From positions 32,001 through 96,000 of IMG/VR virus record IMGVR_UViG_3300031867_000002: a stretch of DNA of 64,000 bases; one strand, 5' to 3'. The translations under genes were made by a program, and so were the position numbers. Positions 9,270-18,535 of the stretch are shown here, in pieces. The stretch's first letter is position 1. The number at the start of each line of letters is the position of its first letter. This DNA is from a virus. Lineage: Duplodnaviria; Caudoviricetes. Under the pieces are notes generated by a model, which was given only the letters and a program-made list of their open reading frames with translations, did not search any database and was not told where the DNA came from.

Positions 9270-10127
9270 ATGAATAATCAAGTTATTGGTAATATTATTC
9301 TAGAATCATCTCAAGAGGTTCCAGAAGTTACTATTATAGCAGAAAAAAATAATAAGGTTACTGGTACTGGTATCATTCAGACTATTGGTGACGAGAACCG
9401 TAATGGTCGTATATATGAACTTAAAGATATGAAACCTGAAGTAGAAGGAGATAGAATCCAGAAAGAGCTCATTCCTACAGGCAATATGCGTGGTCATGAC
9501 GGACATCCTGCATCAACAGAACTATCGGTTCAATCTGTTATCAATCCTATGTTGTGCTCAGTTAAGTATAAAAAGATTTGGATTGAAGGAAATGAAATTC
9601 ATGCTAATTTCTGTGGTACCAACAATGAACCTGGTAAGGCATTTAATGCTGACTTATTAGATGGTGATAGACCTTCTTTTTCTCTTCGTGCATTAGGTTC
9701 TGTAGATAGAGAAAGAAATGGTAAATGTTATGTACGTAATATCAGAATCATTACATGGGATAGAGTTATCTTCCCTAGTCATAAGAGAGCATATACACAG
9801 GGATTAATAACATCTAAGAATGAAGCTGCTGTATTAGAATCTTGTGGATATGATATGCCACAATATGAAAAATTTAATGGTCCTAAAGCACTAAATGAGG
9901 GTGTTATTATTCCAATTGTAAATCAGCAGGTAGTAGACTATATTAAACAAGAGTCTGTTAATGTAAAGAGTATTCTTAATACATTTGATACATTATATGA
10001 ATCAGCAATTATCTGTGGAAATGGTAAACAAGTACAACTCAATCTTTCTGATAACAGAGGTAAGATTCTTGTTAACCTTGAACAGTATATCCAAGATGAG
10101 ATTATGAATTATTGTTGGAATAGTTAA
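9270..10127 (+). CDS. Prohead (head maturation) protease, T4 gp21-like
   Basis: ENRNGRIY, GH.GHP, PSFSLRALG and ITWDRVIFPSH. Confidence 0.88.
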   Translation: MNNQVIGNIILESSQEVPEVTIIAEKNNKVTGTGIIQTIGDENRNGRIYELKDMKPEVEGDRIQKELIPTGNMRGHDGHPASTELSVQSVINPMLCSVKYKKIWIEGNEIHANFCGTNNEPGKAFNADLLDGDRPSFSLRALGSVDRERNGKCYVRNIRIITWDRVIFPSHKRAYTQGLITSKNEAAVLESCGYDMPQYEKFNGPKALNEGVIIPIVNQQVVDYIKQESVNVKSILNTFDTLYESAIICGNGKQVQLNLSDNRGKILVNLEQYIQDEIMNYCWNS

Positions 10128-10232
10128 TTATTTGGGATGCTATCATAGCATCCCAAATTTCTTTTGTATATTATTAATGTGTAAGAGGTTACTGAAAACA
10201 GTTATAAAGACTACGACCTCTGGAGGTATATT

Positions 10233-10667
10233 ATGTTTGACATTATTCGTATTACATCTATTGGTTCGACTCCTGAAACTTTATATCAGGAACTTGAAAC
10301 AGAAGAAAAAGAATCTTCTCTTACAAGAGAAGAGTTCTGGAACGATATGACTACTGACACTATTTCAGAAGAGCACTTTAATTTTCAAGCTCTTTATAAC
10401 TCCGCTGAAGATGTTATTGTTATGCGGAGATTTATAAACAGACACACTGGGAAATCAACTAATCAAATCACCAATGCTGATGAGATTGAAAGAATTCTTA
10501 CAGATTTTCTTAATGGAAAACCTGTATACGATGATGACTACTCCATTTCAAGATGTAGGGTAATGCAGATTAGAGAAAGATATTATAGATATATCTGCCG
10601 TACAACTAAATCTATACTTTACCGTAGCTACCATGAGTTCTTAAAATGGGTGAAGAATATGAAATGA
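10233..10667 (+). CDS. Hypothetical protein (early cassette gene)
   Basis: GGAGGT RBS, early motif at 10167, terminator at 10674-10711. Confidence 0.78.
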   Translation: MFDIIRITSIGSTPETLYQELETEEKESSLTREEFWNDMTTDTISEEHFNFQALYNSAEDVIVMRRFINRHTGKSTNQITNADEIERILTDFLNGKPVYDDDYSISRCRVMQIRERYYRYICRTTKSILYRSYHEFLKWVKNMK

Positions 10668-10822
10668 TAGTATAAAAGAATCCGCTTTTATAAAAGCGGA
10701 TTCTTTTTTTGCTATGCTCCGTAAAAGTTTACTATGTTACTTATATATTATTTAAGTAAGAAGAGAGTCATATTGTTTAACAATGACTCAAAAAATATTG
10801 CTTTTGAAAGGAGCAGATTACT

Positions 10823-11239
10823 ATGATGACTACAATTAAAATTAACTCTAAAGAAATAAAAAGATTCAACGAAGAGGAAAAAAGAAACCATGAAAATATT
10901 TTTATGGTTTTAACCGATATTAAGGGTGATAAGTATTTAATAGCCCACGGCATTGGCGGTTACATAATCGCTGATGACGGTATCGGAAGAACACCGAGCC
11001 AGACTTATGCAAGATTAGTAAAGCTAGGTAAAATCGAAAACGGTGAGCATTTAAATATTGCTTGCTGTTTTGGAGGCGATATTGACAATGATTCTGAAAA
11101 TGTATCTATTGTCAATAATGAATCGGCACCATTATTCATAACACGTCAAGTGTTAAATAATGGCATAGGCAGATTAACGATGTTCACGAAAACAAAAATT
11201 CGTGACAGAGTTAAGGCTGCAATTTCAGTATTTATATAA
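10823..11239 (+). CDS. Hypothetical protein (early cassette gene)
   Basis: AAAGGAG RBS, early motif at 10744, repeated terminator at 11241. Confidence 0.78.
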   Translation: MMTTIKINSKEIKRFNEEEKRNHENIFMVLTDIKGDKYLIAHGIGGYIIADDGIGRTPSQTYARLVKLGKIENGEHLNIACCFGGDIDNDSENVSIVNNESAPLFITRQVLNNGIGRLTMFTKTKIRDRVKAAISVFI

Positions 11240-11240
11240 T

Positions 11241-11280
11241 AAAAGAAAACGACTGTCGGGAGATAGGCGTTTCTTTTTTG
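11241..11280 (+). terminator. Repeated terminator, copy 3 of 3
   Basis: AAAAGAAAACGACTGTCGGGAGATAGGCGTTTCTTTTTTG. Confidence 0.8.
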
Positions 11281-11326
11281 TCTCACTAGCACAACTTTTT
11301 AGTAATGAAAGGAGATGATTCCTAAC

Positions 11327-12520
11327 ATGGCTAATAACGCTAATTTGAAGATTACTGAGGTTATTGATAAAGAGATATATCCTATTGTACAAGGTGTATT
11401 GTCTAAGTCATTAAACAAGTATAAAGCACTCATGTCTAAGTTTATGAATGCTAGGTCTACATCTCTCTATGATACTTTCCCTGCAACTCGTTGTACTTAT
11501 GGACAACAAGATGCGGATGAGTTATATGCTGTTTTTGGTAAATCAGAAAGGGAATTACAAGAGATTATTAATAAGACTTACTATTCTCAAATTCCAAATT
11601 TTAATCCACGTACTGCTAAGAGTCCAGTAACTGTATTATGTATTACTATTATTAAGTATTTCATATCTAAGAATGATAAGAAGAATCTTGATGTAGCTAT
11701 TATATACATGTCTTTTTCTGGTGGATTTTATCCATCTATTCATTATGGCTCTTATCCTACTGCAGTACCAGCGGATTATAGATTCGTATGTGACTATGTA
11801 GTTAATAATGAGTTGTCTAATAAGTTTGATTTAAAAAGAACAGGTTCTGTAGTTGGAACCATTCAATCCATCGGTGCTACATGGGTTGATGCATATAAGG
11901 ATAAGTTCAAGGGAGTTACAGATGATGAAGAATATGTATATGTAATTCAACAGTTACATATGCGTATTAAGTCGTTTATTCAGAATACAGCAGAAATCTA
12001 TTATAAGTGTTATAAGAATCGTGAATATCTCACATATGATAGTGATGATATGTCTGAAGATAATTTTAGACTTACAGAGAATGATAGCACTAAGATTGAG
12101 GCTATTACTAACCGTGCAATGACATGGATTACTACACATGATGTAGATTATCGTCTATGTAAGATGTGTAGCGATAGTAATGTAAAGACAGAAGAAATCA
12201 AATCTATCATTGAGAGTATTGTTAAGAATACTGATAATATAGACACTGTAAGAGAGTTAGTTGCTCTTATTACAGCAAACTATTTTAAAGCTAGTAAGAA
12301 TAAAGATGTAAGAGATATTGAGTTTATCTCTTTCTCTATTAAGGCTAAGCCTAATACAAAAGACAAAGATATTCTACGACAGAATGAAATTATAGATACA
12401 TTCTTGTGTGAGAATAGTATTGCATATAATCGTCGTAAAAGTAGAGAAGCAACAAAGAATAGTTATAACAGAGCAGTTTTAACATACTTTGTTCTAGTAA
12501 TCAATCAATCTAATAAGTGA
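11327..12520 (+). CDS. Hypothetical protein, probably virion-associated
   Basis: Long ORF with late promoter variant AACTTTTTAGTA; start moved to 11327 for RBS spacing. Confidence 0.7.
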   Translation: MANNANLKITEVIDKEIYPIVQGVLSKSLNKYKALMSKFMNARSTSLYDTFPATRCTYGQQDADELYAVFGKSERELQEIINKTYYSQIPNFNPRTAKSPVTVLCITIIKYFISKNDKKNLDVAIIYMSFSGGFYPSIHYGSYPTAVPADYRFVCDYVVNNELSNKFDLKRTGSVVGTIQSIGATWVDAYKDKFKGVTDDEEYVYVIQQLHMRIKSFIQNTAEIYYKCYKNREYLTYDSDDMSEDNFRLTENDSTKIEAITNRAMTWITTHDVDYRLCKMCSDSNVKTEEIKSIIESIVKNTDNIDTVRELVALITANYFKASKNKDVRDIEFISFSIKAKPNTKDKDILRQNEIIDTFLCENSIAYNRRKSREATKNSYNRAVLTYFVLVINQSNK

Positions 12521-12529
12521 GGCGTCGGT

Positions 12530-12979
12530 ATGGATTTTTATAATGATTTATTAAATGAATCGATTGTAGATAAATTTAAAGAAGGTAACTATTATTCAAG
12601 ATTTACGGTGGCTATATCGGAAGCTTTAGCTAATGGTGAATCAATTAATATAGAAGTAACTTTAAAATCTAAAGATAATAAAGGATATCTTAAAACTACT
12701 TTTTATTCTAAAAACGAATACTTATATAGAAAACAAGAAATCAAAGATAAGGTCATTAAAGATTCTTATACCACAGATTCTATATGTAATATTCCTAATA
12801 GAACTGTGTTCAATAATATCATATCAAGATATATTAGTAACGATGAATTTAAATTAACTATTAAAAAAGTTGTTTCATTTGATTCATATGAAGACTTAAT
12901 TAAAGAACCAGAATATCAAAATCATTTGAATTACGAAACTGTTAATTTTAATCCTATTGCTGAAACAAAAATTATATAA
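12530..12979 (+). CDS. Hypothetical protein (possible head protein)
   Basis: In operon; N-terminal LLNE resembles a prohead-protease cleavage motif. Confidence 0.65.
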   Translation: MDFYNDLLNESIVDKFKEGNYYSRFTVAISEALANGESINIEVTLKSKDNKGYLKTTFYSKNEYLYRKQEIKDKVIKDSYTTDSICNIPNRTVFNNIISRYISNDEFKLTIKKVVSFDSYEDLIKEPEYQNHLNYETVNFNPIAETKII

Positions 12980-12999
12980 AAATAAGTGAGGTGTGTAAG

Positions 13000-14346
13000 T
13001 TGGGTATATATGCAGATAGAGCTTTATTAGAGCAAAAGTCTGACCAAGCTTTTATACAAGCTGTTAATGAAGTATACTTTGGTAGAACAGCCAGTATAAA
13101 TTCTTTATTTAATGCATACTGTGATTGGAGAGAACCATTTATATCTAGTACAAAATACTACACAGGTGAATATAAAAATGTGTATAATAAAGATATGCAA
13201 GTATTTAGAGATATGGTATGTAAACAGTTTGGTTTTAAAACATTCTCATATAATGTATTACCTATGGCTGAGCCTAATTCTTTTACATTGGGTTCATTTT
13301 TTCCGTTAAGTAATAGAACACCTGATAAGATTATAATAGATAAGAACGGATATAGATTCAAAGACAATACTATAGTAAGTTCTATAGTAGCAGTATTTCC
13401 AGAATTAATTTTTAATCCAGAGTATTCTAATGAAGAAAATTTTTCTATATTTTTGCATGAAATAGGGCATAATTTTCAAAGTGCTGCAAACAATACTATG
13501 TTTGGATTAACAGTTGGTGAAGATATAATACTTGCATTTATGGGAGCTCTACCTAGTTTATTATTATATAATGACTATACTTATACTGCAGTAAATTTTA
13601 TACAAAATAAATTGTCTGATATTAAAGTGTTATCTACGTTATATGCATGTGTATCTATGATAATATATGCTTTAACAAGATGTAAAACTTTTATACAGGG
13701 TTGGAGTTCTGTACTCTTGATTCCTATAGGGGGTATATTATCATTCGCAAAGCGTCTTGAATCATTTTTAAGGAGTATACTTAACCTTTCTGCTATAAGA
13801 GGTTATTATGGTGAAAGATTTGCTGATGGATTTGCAGCTTCTTATGGATTTGGAGAAGCGTTATCATCAGCTTTAAGAAAAATGGATACTGTTATAACAG
13901 CAGAACCAACAGTAGATGATTTAATTAATAAAGCACCAATAATAGGTCATATAATGAATGCAGCATGTTTACCAGGTATGATGCTTTGTGGTATTATTGA
14001 CGTACATCCTAACACAGCATCGAGATGCTATTCTGTTATTAAAGACTTAAAAACAGATTTAAACGACCCTAGTCTTTCTCCAGAATTAAAAAAACAATTG
14101 AAAAAAGAAATAGATTCTTATGAAAACACAATGCATAAATTTTTCGATGTTGCTACTAAAGCTGAAAATCCAAGATTATTACCTACAATTATACAAAAGT
14201 GGATGTATGAAAAAGGTGGAGACCTTAAATTTAAGATATCCGAACTTCCGTTTAATAATATTGGTGGATTTAGGGCAGAAACTAATAAAACGAGAGATTA
14301 TATTAAAAATGATAGATATAGTATAAAAACTGCAAAAATTATATAA
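13000..14346 (+). CDS. Zinc metallopeptidase-like protein (M48-like, HEXXH)
   Basis: FLHEIGH, hydrophobic segments, ERFADGFAASYGFG and HP...SR; likely TTG start after GAGGTG. Confidence 0.7.
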   Translation: MGIYADRALLEQKSDQAFIQAVNEVYFGRTASINSLFNAYCDWREPFISSTKYYTGEYKNVYNKDMQVFRDMVCKQFGFKTFSYNVLPMAEPNSFTLGSFFPLSNRTPDKIIIDKNGYRFKDNTIVSSIVAVFPELIFNPEYSNEENFSIFLHEIGHNFQSAANNTMFGLTVGEDIILAFMGALPSLLLYNDYTYTAVNFIQNKLSDIKVLSTLYACVSMIIYALTRCKTFIQGWSSVLLIPIGGILSFAKRLESFLRSILNLSAIRGYYGERFADGFAASYGFGEALSSALRKMDTVITAEPTVDDLINKAPIIGHIMNAACLPGMMLCGIIDVHPNTASRCYSVIKDLKTDLNDPSLSPELKKQLKKEIDSYENTMHKFFDVATKAENPRLLPTIIQKWMYEKGGDLKFKISELPFNNIGGFRAETNKTRDYIKNDRYSIKTAKII

Positions 14347-14359
14347 GGGAGGTTTTATT

Positions 14360-15274
14360 ATGGACTTTAATATAAACGATTTCTTCTTCTTACTGGAAGC
14401 TGATGATGAAGGTAAGAAAGAAGAAGATGAAAAGAAGGACGATGAGAAGAAAGAATCTGAATCTAAAGAAGATAAAAAAGAAGAGGATGATAAGTCCTCT
14501 GATGAAGATGATTCTGAATATAACGACCTTATGGATGATGATAATGCTGATTCTGAGTTATCTGATGATACCGATACTGATAGTGATTCATCCGATGACA
14601 TTGATAGCGATTCATCTGATGATGATGAATACAATGACTTAATGGATGATGATATTGGAGACTTATCTACAGATGATGATGAACCAGTAGCAGATGATTC
14701 TTCTGATGATTATAATACTCTTATTGTTGTAAAAGAACCTGATGGTAGTGAATCTTCTTCTGGAGATGTATTTGAGAAGCTTGCTAAATATGCATATGCT
14801 TCTCAAGTAGTTGCTAATAATTTTTCTCATATTGCTACTAATGCATGTGGACCTAATTATGACACAATTAATCAGATTTGTAGTACACTATCAGATAGAT
14901 TAAATTGGGGTGTTAGAGATATTCTTAGTACTGCATCTGAATCTCCTCTTGTTAAGATTGATAACTTAACTAGAGCTAAAGAACATGTAGAAGATATTGA
15001 AGTAGAAGATAAAGATTCTTATGATATTTCTTTAGCGTGTGAAAGAATTAATAACAATCTTACTATTCTCATTAAGTATGCTAAAGATGCAGCTGATGCA
15101 GCTGGTAACAGAACAGACATTCAACGTAAAGTAGATGATGATATTTCATATTTCTCTAAGGAAATGAATGGTAGAATTAGAAAGATTATGACTACTCCAT
15201 CATCTGCTATTGATGATTGTGGTGGATGCGAAGAAGTAGAACCTGCTATGGAATCTTATAATATATTATTCTAA
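14360..15274 (+). CDS. Acidic protein with a possible degenerate Dps/ferritin-like C-terminal domain
   Basis: D/E/S-rich N-terminal ~130 aa followed by a helical domain containing HIATNACGPNY. Confidence 0.6.
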   Translation: MDFNINDFFFLLEADDEGKKEEDEKKDDEKKESESKEDKKEEDDKSSDEDDSEYNDLMDDDNADSELSDDTDTDSDSSDDIDSDSSDDDEYNDLMDDDIGDLSTDDDEPVADDSSDDYNTLIVVKEPDGSESSSGDVFEKLAKYAYASQVVANNFSHIATNACGPNYDTINQICSTLSDRLNWGVRDILSTASESPLVKIDNLTRAKEHVEDIEVEDKDSYDISLACERINNNLTILIKYAKDAADAAGNRTDIQRKVDDDISYFSKEMNGRIRKIMTTPSSAIDDCGGCEEVEPAMESYNILF

Positions 15275-15309
15275 AAGAAAGTCCCACTGGATATAACCAG
15301 TGGGACATT

Positions 15310-15534
15310 TTAACTTTCAATTTCAACAATAGGTAATCCGTTAGATATGTCGTAACTACAAACTAGCATAGCATACATTACAGCATCTTTACCAGCTTCC
15401 CATAAACAAGTATCTACAAGTTCTTTATCATACTTATCATCTATAGAAATAGTAATCTCATTTCCAGATAATAAGATGTTAGAATTTATATTATTCTCAT
15501 TTAGTTTACCTCTATAGATATCAATGATATCCAT
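15310..15534 (-). CDS. Hypothetical protein
   Basis: ORF fills the gap before the terminator at 15281-15306; no clear RBS. Confidence 0.45.
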   Translation of the reverse strand: MDIIDIYRGKLNENNINSNILLSGNEITISIDDKYDKELVDTCLWEAGKDAVMYAMLVCSYDISNGLPIVEIES

Positions 15535-15568
15535 AGAGGTATTTACAGATGGCTCTAGTCTGTTTAAA

Positions 15569-15826
15569 TTAAGAGTTAAAGTCAATTTCAACACCCTCCA
15601 CATTAGCACGCAATACTAAAATGTCGAGATAATGATTCATAGCTTTAAGTTGGTCATTATAAAGACCTCTAGGACAAGTAGGCTTGAATTCTAATGTACC
15701 ATCATCCCATTTTTTAAGCATTGCTTCAAGTCCATCAATACGTGTTTTAAGCTGATAGAATTCAGCTTTAAATCTTTCTTTATAATCGCTACTATTCATC
15801 ATATTTACAGTTTCATTAAGTTTCAT
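15569..15826 (-). CDS. Small phage protein (crAss001_48-like family)
   Basis: MNSSDYKERFKAEFYQL...TCP...Q..AM..YL.IL..RA..EG pattern; GGAGG RBS. Confidence 0.7.
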   Translation of the reverse strand: MKLNETVNMMNSSDYKERFKAEFYQLKTRIDGLEAMLKKWDDGTLEFKPTCPRGLYNDQLKAMNHYLDILVLRANVEGVEIDFNS

Positions 15827-15840
15827 TATAATTACCTCCA

Positions 15841-16368
15841 TTAATCAAGTGTTGTCCAATTGGGACAAGGAGAAGAAACCTTAAGTCCTTCATGTGCAGG
15901 AATGATAGTTTCAGCCTTTTCGTATCTAGGTGTTCCATCATCATTCACACCAGTCTTCATCGGGAACTTCTTTTGAGATTCAGGAATTTCTTTAATTTGA
16001 ATTGAGATATTAGATTTTTCTGTAGCTCCAAGATTAATCTTTCTACCTGTTCTAAGAGCACAGTTGAAGAAATCCTTAGACAGAGTAACCATAGTCTCTG
16101 CATCAGATTTTTTAACATCATAATTATCAGCAATAGACTGAGCTTCAATTTTAGGCATCTTAGTTGTAGATGCAATGATATTAGCTGTCATATCTCTAAA
16201 ATCTTTTGCTGGACAATGTTGTTCATGAGTAGCATAATCTGTAACAATAAAATCTTTGTCGTTAAGCATAGCTCTCATAACAGTTACTTCATCACGTTTA
16301 GATGCAGATTTCTGTTTAAGATTATCGTGAATATCCTTGATAAGGTCTTGTACGTTCATAGATTCCAT
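15841..16368 (-). CDS. Putative HU/IHF-like DNA-binding protein
   Basis: C-terminal TGRKINL...IPAHEGLKV resembles the HU beta-arm; AGGAGG RBS. Confidence 0.5.
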   Translation of the reverse strand: MESMNVQDLIKDIHDNLKQKSASKRDEVTVMRAMLNDKDFIVTDYATHEQHCPAKDFRDMTANIIASTTKMPKIEAQSIADNYDVKKSDAETMVTLSKDFFNCALRTGRKINLGATEKSNISIQIKEIPESQKKFPMKTGVNDDGTPRYEKAETIIPAHEGLKVSSPCPNWTTLD

Positions 16369-16383
16369 AATGGTATCCTCCTA

Positions 16384-16572
16384 TTAATTATTAATGATTT
16401 GTATATGTTTATTGTCTTTCTTTAGATTATCCCATTGAAAGGCGAATAAAGCATCGTTAGCATTGTTCTTTCCATTCTTTTTAATGTATTCGTTCAATTC
16501 TTCTGGTGTTGAACTAGCTAAAAAAGAAATAAAATCTTCTCGTTCATTTTTAGTCATTGGTGACTTTTTCAT
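16384..16572 (-). CDS. Hypothetical protein
   Basis: AAGGAGG RBS; late promoter at 16611-16622. Confidence 0.7.
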   Translation of the reverse strand: MKKSPMTKNEREDFISFLASSTPEELNEYIKKNGKNNANDALFAFQWDNLKKDNKHIQIINN

Positions 16573-16688
16573 ATAATTACCTCCTTAAGTAGTCTGAGAG
16601 ACTACTCATTTATAAATATGTTTCTCGCTTAGTAAAAAACATACGTATTGCGTCGTTTAACATTCATATAATAAGGAGGCTGATATAT

Positions 16689-17456
16689 ATGATTAGCGAA
16701 AATTCTATGATGAGTATTCCAGTAAATGAAAATGATATAATCAAGATTCCAAAAGATTTACCTGATATGGAATTAGAAGATTATGATTTGATAGATGATA
16801 AAGATAGAGAAAAGTATATTACTGATTTAGAACGACATATTAGAGCTTCTTTTGAATACCGTCAAATGGTTCAATATCTAAGAGAATATATGAACATGAA
16901 TTCTTGTGCATTTATTCCTAATGTAACTAATGAGTTTAGTAGAAAGGTTAGAATAGAATTACATCATTCTCCATTTACATTAAGAGATATTTGTTGTATT
17001 ATTCTAAATAAGAGAATGAAAAATGGAGAAATGTTAACTATTGAATCTGTAGCATATGAAGTTATGTTTAATCATTATTGTCTTATGGTAGGATTGATTC
17101 CTTTATCTGAGACAGTACATGAATTAGTACACACTCAATACTTATTCATTCCTACAAATAAAGTATATGGGTATTATAAAGCATTTCTAAGTGTATACAA
17201 AGAATACATTGACCAAGAGTTATTAGATAAGCTAGATGAATTAGAAAAGCTTACTATTGCTGGTACTTATAATGATACTTATAAACAAGTATTAGAAAAG
17301 AAGTATATTACTATTGATATGGAAGGTAATAACCAATTTGAACAGCTTCATGATTTACAAGATATACTTAAACAAAGATTGAGTGAGATTAAAGAAGCTG
17401 AAAAACCTCAAGGTACTTTTGCTAATTCTAATATAATGCATCCAGATAATTTATAA
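16689..17456 (+). CDS. HNH-like fold protein, paralog of 61330-62076
   Basis: CAF..N, IELHH and PLSETVHELVH; late promoter at 16659. Confidence 0.6.
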   Translation: MISENSMMSIPVNENDIIKIPKDLPDMELEDYDLIDDKDREKYITDLERHIRASFEYRQMVQYLREYMNMNSCAFIPNVTNEFSRKVRIELHHSPFTLRDICCIILNKRMKNGEMLTIESVAYEVMFNHYCLMVGLIPLSETVHELVHTQYLFIPTNKVYGYYKAFLSVYKEYIDQELLDKLDELEKLTIAGTYNDTYKQVLEKKYITIDMEGNNQFEQLHDLQDILKQRLSEIKEAEKPQGTFANSNIMHPDNL

Positions 17457-17579
17457 GAGAGATAATAACTCCCAGGGCATGGAGACCCTGGGAGTTATCT
17501 TTTAAAGGAGTCATATTATGAACAGCATCCGCCAAACGAGGAAAAACAAATGTACCACTCCATGCCCTAAGAGTGGTTT

Positions 17580-17654
17580 TGGTTGGGGTAGCGGGATTTG
17601 AACCCACGCGTGACAGAGTCAAAGTCTGTTGCCTTACCGCTTGGCTATACCCCA
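17580..17654 (-). tRNA. tRNA-Gln (anticodon UUG) with encoded CCA
   Basis: TGGGGTA/TACCCCA acceptor stem, D-arm GCCAAGCGGTAAGGC, anticodon arm ACAGA-CTTTGAC-TCTGT and T-loop GGTTCAAATCC. Confidence 0.97.
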
Positions 17655-17726
17655 ATATATTATTATTTAGTTGTATCATTATTAAAAAATAAACCTCAGT
17701 TTACCTGAGGTTTATTTATAATAATG

Positions 17727-18134
17727 CTAAAATACCTCTTCTGCGATAGGATTTCTATCTGCAAGTGTAAGTCTAGTTATTTTAGTGATTATTATATTAC
17801 CATTCTCTATTGTACAGTATCCATTAATCTTAATACATGGATTTCTTAGCTTATGATAGTATAAGCTGTCTAATAATTCTATATTAAGATAGTTATCATC
17901 ATATCCTTCTATATATTGCAGAGCTTTTGCTACTACAGTATCATTAATATCTGGATATTCGGATAATAATGGTCTATTTGGGTCATTAGCTCTAGGAACA
18001 TAGATATTATGTCCAGATTGGAATAACATTTTCTCATGAACCTCGTTTAGATTGATAATTTTGGCTCCACTAAGTAGATATTCCATATTATTATCATTTA
18101 TAAAGAATGGTACTTTAACTATTGCTTGTTTCAT
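17727..18134 (-). CDS. Hypothetical protein
   Basis: Overlaps the upstream gene by 4 nt (ATGA), with AAGGAG RBS. Confidence 0.7.
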   Translation of the reverse strand: MKQAIVKVPFFINDNNMEYLLSGAKIINLNEVHEKMLFQSGHNIYVPRANDPNRPLLSEYPDINDTVVAKALQYIEGYDDNYLNIELLDSLYYHKLRNPCIKINGYCTIENGNIIITKITRLTLADRNPIAEEVF

Positions 18135-18517
18135 ATTGATAAACTCCTTTCTTGCTTATATTCGTTAACAATATCTTTAAATAACTTAAGATATACGTCA
18201 CCACATTTCTTAGCATCTGTTTTCTTAATAGTATTATTGTTATTTTTAATGAAATAATTGATTACATTGATATTATTGTCTTTATCAACTTCATACAATA
18301 ATCTAATCTGAAGATTTACTACACAACACTTATAAACATAGAAATGCCCATCTATAATATCATGAATAATAACGCTATCACCAAATATATTGGTGATAGC
18401 GATGTTTTGCTTCTTATATTCGTTATATCTTTTAGTGAGTTTACTAATAGCTTTACCTATCATGTTTTTACTATTCTTATCAAGCTTCTTATAAGATTTA
18501 TCCTTGTGAATAGTCAT
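18131..18517 (-). CDS. RelE/ParE-fold-like basic protein
   Basis: Small and basic, with the pattern K..KKL...I.KAI..L...FYVYK...IRLLYEVD....V...F.K. Confidence 0.45.
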   Translation of the reverse strand: MTIHKDKSYKKLDKNSKNMIGKAISKLTKRYNEYKKQNIAITNIFGDSVIIHDIIDGHFYVYKCCVVNLQIRLLYEVDKDNNINVINYFIKNNNNTIKKTDAKKCGDVYLKLFKDIVNEYKQERSLSI

Positions 18518-18535
18518 ATTGATTCCTCATTTCTA

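Larger units (their letters stand above)
7955..9272. repeat. Tandem duplication of cassette flanks (units 7955-8544 and 8541-9272) enclosing two unrelated ORFs
   Basis: 7955-8017 matches 8541-8603, and 8456-8544 matches 9181-9272. Confidence 0.85.

Noticed and set aside
17428-17679. 83-aa minus-strand ORF
   Set aside because: It runs through the tRNA-Gln gene and its structured trailer, with no RBS.
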